53,746 bases of DNA, taken from the NCBI RefSeq assembly GCF_006345805.1, contig NW_021833860.1, positions 1 through 53,746 on the forward strand, given 5' to 3'. Below are positions 52,706 through 53,746 of the stretch, one piece after another. Numbering within the stretch: position 1 is the first letter of the stretch; every line of letters begins with the position of its first letter. Under the pieces are notes generated by a model that saw only the letters and a list, made by a program, of their open reading frames with translations, made no database searches and was not told the origin of the DNA. Made by a program: the position numbers and the translations under genes. This stretch comes from Octopus sinensis (lineage: Eukaryota).

Positions 52706-53361
52706 AGATAGACAGACGGACAGACAGACTAACAGACAGACAGACAGACAGTCAGACAGATATATTGATAGACACTGTTTATGTATATATGAATGCATGA
52801 ATGGATAGATGAGTGGAGGGTGGAAGGATGTAGGTGTGTATATATGTGTATAAATGTGTGTGTAAGTGTGTGTGTGTATTTGTGTGTGTGTATTTGTGTG
52901 TGTGAATGTATGAATGGTCGGATAGATTGGTAGATGGGTGAATGCGTAGCGTCTAACACTCATGCAAGCTGTGGACACTTCCTGGAAAGTCAATAAAGAG
53001 CAACTTCTGAAGTGGTTGTGAATGCACTCCTTGACCAACAGCCACGGCTGTCCGTATATAATGGTTCAGTCATTGGGATCGTGATCCCAAGGTCACGTGT
53101 TCTATTCCTAGCCCTGTAGGCTGCTGATTGTACCTTAAGAAAGCATTTCTTTTCAAGATGTGCCAGCCCAGTATTGACGTAGCCCTTCGTCTTCTAAGGT
53201 GTCACATCCTCGATGTTCCGCTGAGACAAGAACGGGGAACGCAGCACGAGAAAGCGTTTTTGACCGTGACTACGCATGCGCCTAAAAAAAATTAGCGAGA
53301 GCATGTTATACACCACAAATTGATATATGTTTGCTCGAGTCGACCAAATGTACTAAATAAC

Positions 53362-53705
53362 ACAGTTCTATATTTAAGAGATGAGGAATTATGCGCCGCA
53401 TTATTTACATTATTTACATTCAACTGGCATATGGCGTAGTGGTTAAGAGCGCTGGCTACTAACCCCAAGATGTCGAGTTTGATTCCAAGCAGTGACTGAA
53501 CAACAACAACAATAATAATAATAATGATAATAATAATAATAGTAATAATAACATCGAAAAATACCTTAGGAATGAGAACCCAGGTTCGAAATTTCCCCAA
53601 GACACCTGAAGAAGGCTGGAGGGTATATCAGCTGAAATGTTATGCTAACAACAAACAAGATGAGGACAAATATCCATCAAATGTAAATAATGTAAACAAT
53701 GTATA
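53362..53705 (+). mobile_element. tRNA-headed element with hammerhead motif and Penelope-like tail, preceded by an inverted copy of the tail
   Basis: Box A TGGCGTAGTGG (53432), box-B-like GAGTTTGATTCC (53475), (AAT)n, CTGAAGA (53606)...GAAATGTT (53634); tail shared with 39389-39486. Confidence 0.75.
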
Positions 53706-53746
53706 TAATATACTAAATAAGTTTTTCTTATACTAAAGATAAATCT

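Noticed and set aside
53130-53225. Minus-strand acceptor-like TTCTTGTCTCAG followed by a short open frame (EHRGCDTLEDEGLRQYWAGTS*)
   Set aside because: Short, unrecognised and without a partner exon; insufficient support.

Overview
AT-rich eukaryotic DNA, almost certainly from a cephalopod (Octopus-like, inferred from its SINE/LINE complement and microsatellite load). I found no host protein-coding gene I can support, so the window is probably intergenic or a very large intron. Most long ORFs in the track are translations of (TA)n, (TG)n, (TACA)n, (TAGA)n and (TAA)n tracts. Recognisable content: (1) decayed maT/DD37D-like and mariner transposases, a hAT-type MITE and a Helentron-associated (HINE-like) element; (2) about 20 tRNA-derived SINE copies from at least five modular families; (3) 3' fragments of CR1/L2-group and R4/Dong-type LINEs that sort by microsatellite type; (4) about 15 intact or decayed type I hammerhead ribozyme motifs from at least six sequence families. 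The hammerheads lie in Penelope-like terminal repeats with inverted and terminally redundant layouts, and the window also holds a Penelope-type RT fragment. Top leads: a 480-nt terminally redundant unit carrying a canonical hammerhead plus an inverted second copy (30706-31423), and a tRNA-headed hammerhead element whose tail is also found fused to the Penelope RT fragment (53362-53705). All folds were read by eye, with no computation or database search, and element boundaries are approximate.
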